Position numbers and translations under genes: made by a program. A stretch of DNA of 37,645 nt from an uncultured Bdellovibrionales bacterium (lineage in GTDB: Bacteria > Bdellovibrionota_C > UBA2361 > SZUA-149 > CALKYB01). Shown in pieces: positions 35,331-37,645 of the stretch (positions are counted from its first letter, which is position 1; each line of letters opens with the position of its first letter). The notes under the pieces are model-generated. The model had not been told where the DNA came from and ran no database searches. It was given only the letters and a program-made list of their open reading frames with translations. The stretch lies in NCBI GenBank assembly GCA_964510575.1, contig CAZECN010000026.1, forward strand, positions 1 to 37,645, given 5' to 3'.

Positions 35331-35375
35331 ACAGCTTTCAGTCTTCCTCTAACTGAAAGCTTGCCTGTTTGTGAT
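35331..35375 (+). terminator. Rho-independent-type terminator 260 bp downstream of TadG-like gene
   Basis: AGCTTTCAGT-cttcctcta-ACTGAAAGCT is a perfect 10-bp stem, followed by TGCCTGTTTGTGATT. Confidence 0.45.
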
Positions 35376-35464
35376 TAAATTTTGGAGTAGTTCTCCAATT
35401 TAATAAGGTTTTTGCGATACCCCGAACAGCTCATCCTGAGCTGAACACTAAAAGAGGAAATCTC

Positions 35465-36736
35465 ATGAAATTGAGAAACTTAGTTACAGCTCCTACGGCT
35501 GTTTTATTTGCTCTATCTCTTGTCGCTTGCGGCGGTGGTAGTAACTCTAACCCTGAGCCGGATTTAAACCCGAATTCCGGACCAGATTCTAACCTTGACC
35601 CTGAACCGGATTTAAACCCGCTGCCCGGGCCAACAGTTGAACCGGAACCGGATTTAAACCCGGTATCTGAGCCAACAGTTGAACCTGGACCAGTTGTAAA
35701 CCCTGGGGGGTTTAACTTCGGTGAGAAAGAATTTATTGCTTATCTAACCGATAACCCTGACGGCGGTGGCTCAGTAATGGTCTTTGCAAATGACGACCCT
35801 CTTAGCGCAAATTCAATCGCCGAATTCCGTGCTTTTGAATCCGGAGAATTGGTAAACATAGATCCCACAGGAGGTGTCAGCTTCCTTAACGTTTCTGTAT
35901 TTGCTGGTTCACGGTTTGCTCCCGCAGTTGTCAGCGAATTCGCTGCTCCCGTTGGACTTCCTATTCAGATAGTCGGAACTCCTCTGGCATTGCTCGGAGA
36001 AGGTTCCTTGATTTTTCTGGAGGATATCTACAACGCCGTAGGTGGTGGAATTCCTGGTGTCCCTTCACTTGAACGAGGTCAGGTGCTGATCAATGATATA
36101 GCCCTCAACGGTAATATCTTTGCCAGCTTCAACGGTGCTCAAGGACTTGCAATCCTGGAAGATGGACAGTATCGCTTCCTTGGGTTCTCAGAAGACCTAC
36201 CAAGTGGAGTATCCCTGGTTAACAATATTGCCCGTGGAGACCTCAGTAGTGATGGACTGACTTTTACATTCGCCACAGCTGGCCTTGGACCAGAAAGTCT
36301 GGAAAGAGCACTTGTCAGGATGAATATAGAGACTGGTGAATTTACTGAGCTGGAAGTCACCGAGAACAGGTTGGAATCGTTTGTCAGTGGCGTAGATCAA
36401 TTTGGTGGAGTCTGGAGTCTATATCGAGATATTCCGGAATTAAGCCCTGCGCTTACAAAAGTTATTGATCCTGAAGGAACGATTACTATTCTTGAAGGTC
36501 GAACTCATACTTCGATGAACCGAAACTTCGAGATGACCGAAAAAGGCTGGATTACCACAGACTTGTCAGGAAACAATCCTGTCTTAACGTCTTTTCCAAG
36601 CGTAAGCACACGCTCTACGGAACTACCAGAAGATACTGTTCTGGCTAACTGTCCGATTGATTCTGATAGTTGTGAGATTGTGTTAGTAGACCCAAATTCA
36701 AATGTCGAAACCATAGTCTTTAACCACGGTCTTTGA
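35465..36736 (+). CDS. Lipoprotein with N-terminal PEPDLNP tandem repeats and C-terminal beta-rich domain
   Basis: Lipobox LFALSLVAC|GGGS. PEPDLNP occurs three times, encoded by gaaccggatttaaacccg x3. AGAGGA SD 7 nt upstream. Confidence 0.7.
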   Translation: MKLRNLVTAPTAVLFALSLVACGGGSNSNPEPDLNPNSGPDSNLDPEPDLNPLPGPTVEPEPDLNPVSEPTVEPGPVVNPGGFNFGEKEFIAYLTDNPDGGGSVMVFANDDPLSANSIAEFRAFESGELVNIDPTGGVSFLNVSVFAGSRFAPAVVSEFAAPVGLPIQIVGTPLALLGEGSLIFLEDIYNAVGGGIPGVPSLERGQVLINDIALNGNIFASFNGAQGLAILEDGQYRFLGFSEDLPSGVSLVNNIARGDLSSDGLTFTFATAGLGPESLERALVRMNIETGEFTELEVTENRLESFVSGVDQFGGVWSLYRDIPELSPALTKVIDPEGTITILEGRTHTSMNRNFEMTEKGWITTDLSGNNPVLTSFPSVSTRSTELPEDTVLANCPIDSDSCEIVLVDPNSNVETIVFNHGL

Positions 36737-36920
36737 ATTATAATACAGTTAATAACAAACTACCCAGGATGCAGATGAGTTCTCATCCTGGATGTTTGTA
36801 TTACTGTCTTATCTGATGTTTTTATGAAGGTTATAAAAAATCACAGACAAGGCAGCTTTTTTTCTCAAATAAATAAAACCTACTCAAAACAACAATTTCC
36901 AGTAAGGTTTTTTCTTGCAG

Positions 36921-37645
36921 TTATCTACTATAACGCTTTTTAATCTTTTCTCTTTCTCGCTTATCTCTAGCCTCTTTCCACTTTTTAAATCTCTCTTTTT
37001 CATTCAAAAACTTTTTAGGCTGACTTGATTGATCATTCCGTTCAACAGAAGATTGCAGCAGCTCCTTCTTTTTAATTGCCGGTGATGAATCAAGAACAGG
37101 CTGCTCAAGAGTAAATCGCTTCCAACTAACCAGTTTTCGCCCCTCTTTAGCATTACTATCAAGTAACAAGGCTTGGCTCTGCTGCTTAAGCTTGACCCTC
37201 TTTTTATAGTTAGTGAGCATTTCCGACCTAGAGAAATTCGCTTTTTTTGACATAGCCGCTTCACAAAATGGAAAATCACAGGTCGAAAATTTCCCTTTGC
37301 GAAATTCACGACTACAGAGAAAATCAATCGCAGTATCCACCTCTAGTTTGTGCTCTATTGACAGCTCTGAATACTTTCCAAACACCGAAAATCTGCTTTT
37401 AAACAACCCCAGAGATCCAGAACAGTCTGTAGCGGCTTTCAGCCAGGCAAAATTCTCATCCTCTGCTTCAACCAGAGCTGGTTCTAGCAGGCTTGACTCA
37501 ACCAGCGCTCTCTTTTTATTAAGTTGGTCTTTCTTAACTTTATGCCGAAGCCTCTCCATTTCAGAATGCTGATCCCTGACTGGCACAGAGCTATCAGAAG
37601 ATTTTAATCTCTCTTCTTCAGAGAAACCATAGCCATCGATAAAAT
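36921..37645 (-). CDS. Lys/Arg-rich hypothetical protein with Cys cluster (C-x(24)-C-x(13)-C-x4-C), 5'-partial or GTG-initiated
   Basis: The minus-strand frame stays open to the window edge (…FIDGYGFSEEERLKSSDSSVPVRDQHSEMERLRHKV…). The C-terminal tail is highly basic (KERFKKWKEARDKREREKIKKRYSR). No family was recognised. Confidence 0.4.
   Translation of the reverse strand, partial: FIDGYGFSEEERLKSSDSSVPVRDQHSEMERLRHKVKKDQLNKKRALVESSLLEPALVEAEDENFAWLKAATDCSGSLGLFKSRFSVFGKYSELSIEHKLEVDTAIDFLCSREFRKGKFSTCDFPFCEAAMSKKANFSRSEMLTNYKKRVKLKQQSQALLLDSNAKEGRKLVSWKRFTLEQPVLDSSPAIKKKELLQSSVERNDQSSQPKKFLNEKERFKKWKEARDKREREKIKKRYSR

Noticed and set aside
35560-35700. Tandem 18-nt repeat gaaccggatttaaacccg x3
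   Set aside because: It is in frame within the lipoprotein CDS and encodes PEPDLNP repeats. It is not a CRISPR or an intergenic repeat.
1-37645. tRNA/rRNA genes, integrase/transposase, CRISPR arrays, toxin-antitoxin pairs
   Set aside because: No T-loop GGTTCGAATCC-like motifs, no recombinase or transposase catalytic motifs, no spaced direct repeats, and no small adjacent ORF pairs with TA features were found on visual scan. This was a by-eye scan only, so absence is not proven.

Overview
Accessory-type window from a low/mid-GC Gram-negative bacterium (taxon not determinable). It is dominated by large secreted proteins, cell-surface sorting and pilus-related genes. I see about 28 protein-coding genes.

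Secreted proteins:
- A 5'-truncated pectate-lyase-superfamily (PL1-like) protein that opens on an in-frame (Ala-Pro)9 linker.
- A 1009-aa secreted protein with two PL1-like domains.
- A 714-aa right-handed beta-helix protein with two FN3-like domains.
- A 1184-aa secreted repeat protein with a recent internal ~100-aa duplication.

Surface signalling and sorting:
- An ECF sigma factor translationally coupled to a 756-aa anti-sigma::YfbK-like vWA fusion.
- A PEP-CTERM sorting-signal protein.
- A periplasmic glutaredoxin-like CxxC protein.
- An outer-membrane beta-barrel gene that carries an in-frame TAA inside its signal peptide (pseudogene candidate).

Pilus-related:
- A type IV pilin.
- A Tad-type pseudopilin triad (TadE-like, TadE/F-like and a 1032-aa Cys-rich TadG-like protein) with no Flp pilin or secretion machinery in the window.

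Peptidoglycan and membrane:
- An SLT lytic transglycosylase in operon with a bacterial-PH (bPH_2/YdbT-like) membrane protein. A second bPH_2 paralog sits on the other side of the tandem-PL1 gene.
- An SPFH/band-7 protein.
- A Tat-signal MBL-fold hydrolase.

Housekeeping and other:
- An IMPase-family phosphatase.
- An AlkA-like HhH-GPD glycosylase convergent with a small YtoQ-like protein.
- A lipoprotein with PEPDLNP repeats.

Non-coding features include several clean rho-independent terminators, a 21-bp perfect palindrome upstream of the SPFH gene, a repeated 11-mer in a 520-bp intergenic region, an 850-bp gene-free region and degraded gene remnants. No tRNA/rRNA, CRISPR, integrase or transposase signatures were seen. 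Many starts are GTG/TTG; the supplied ORF track prints these as M. All family assignments are from motif recognition by eye. Hairpin coordinates may be off by 1-2 nt.
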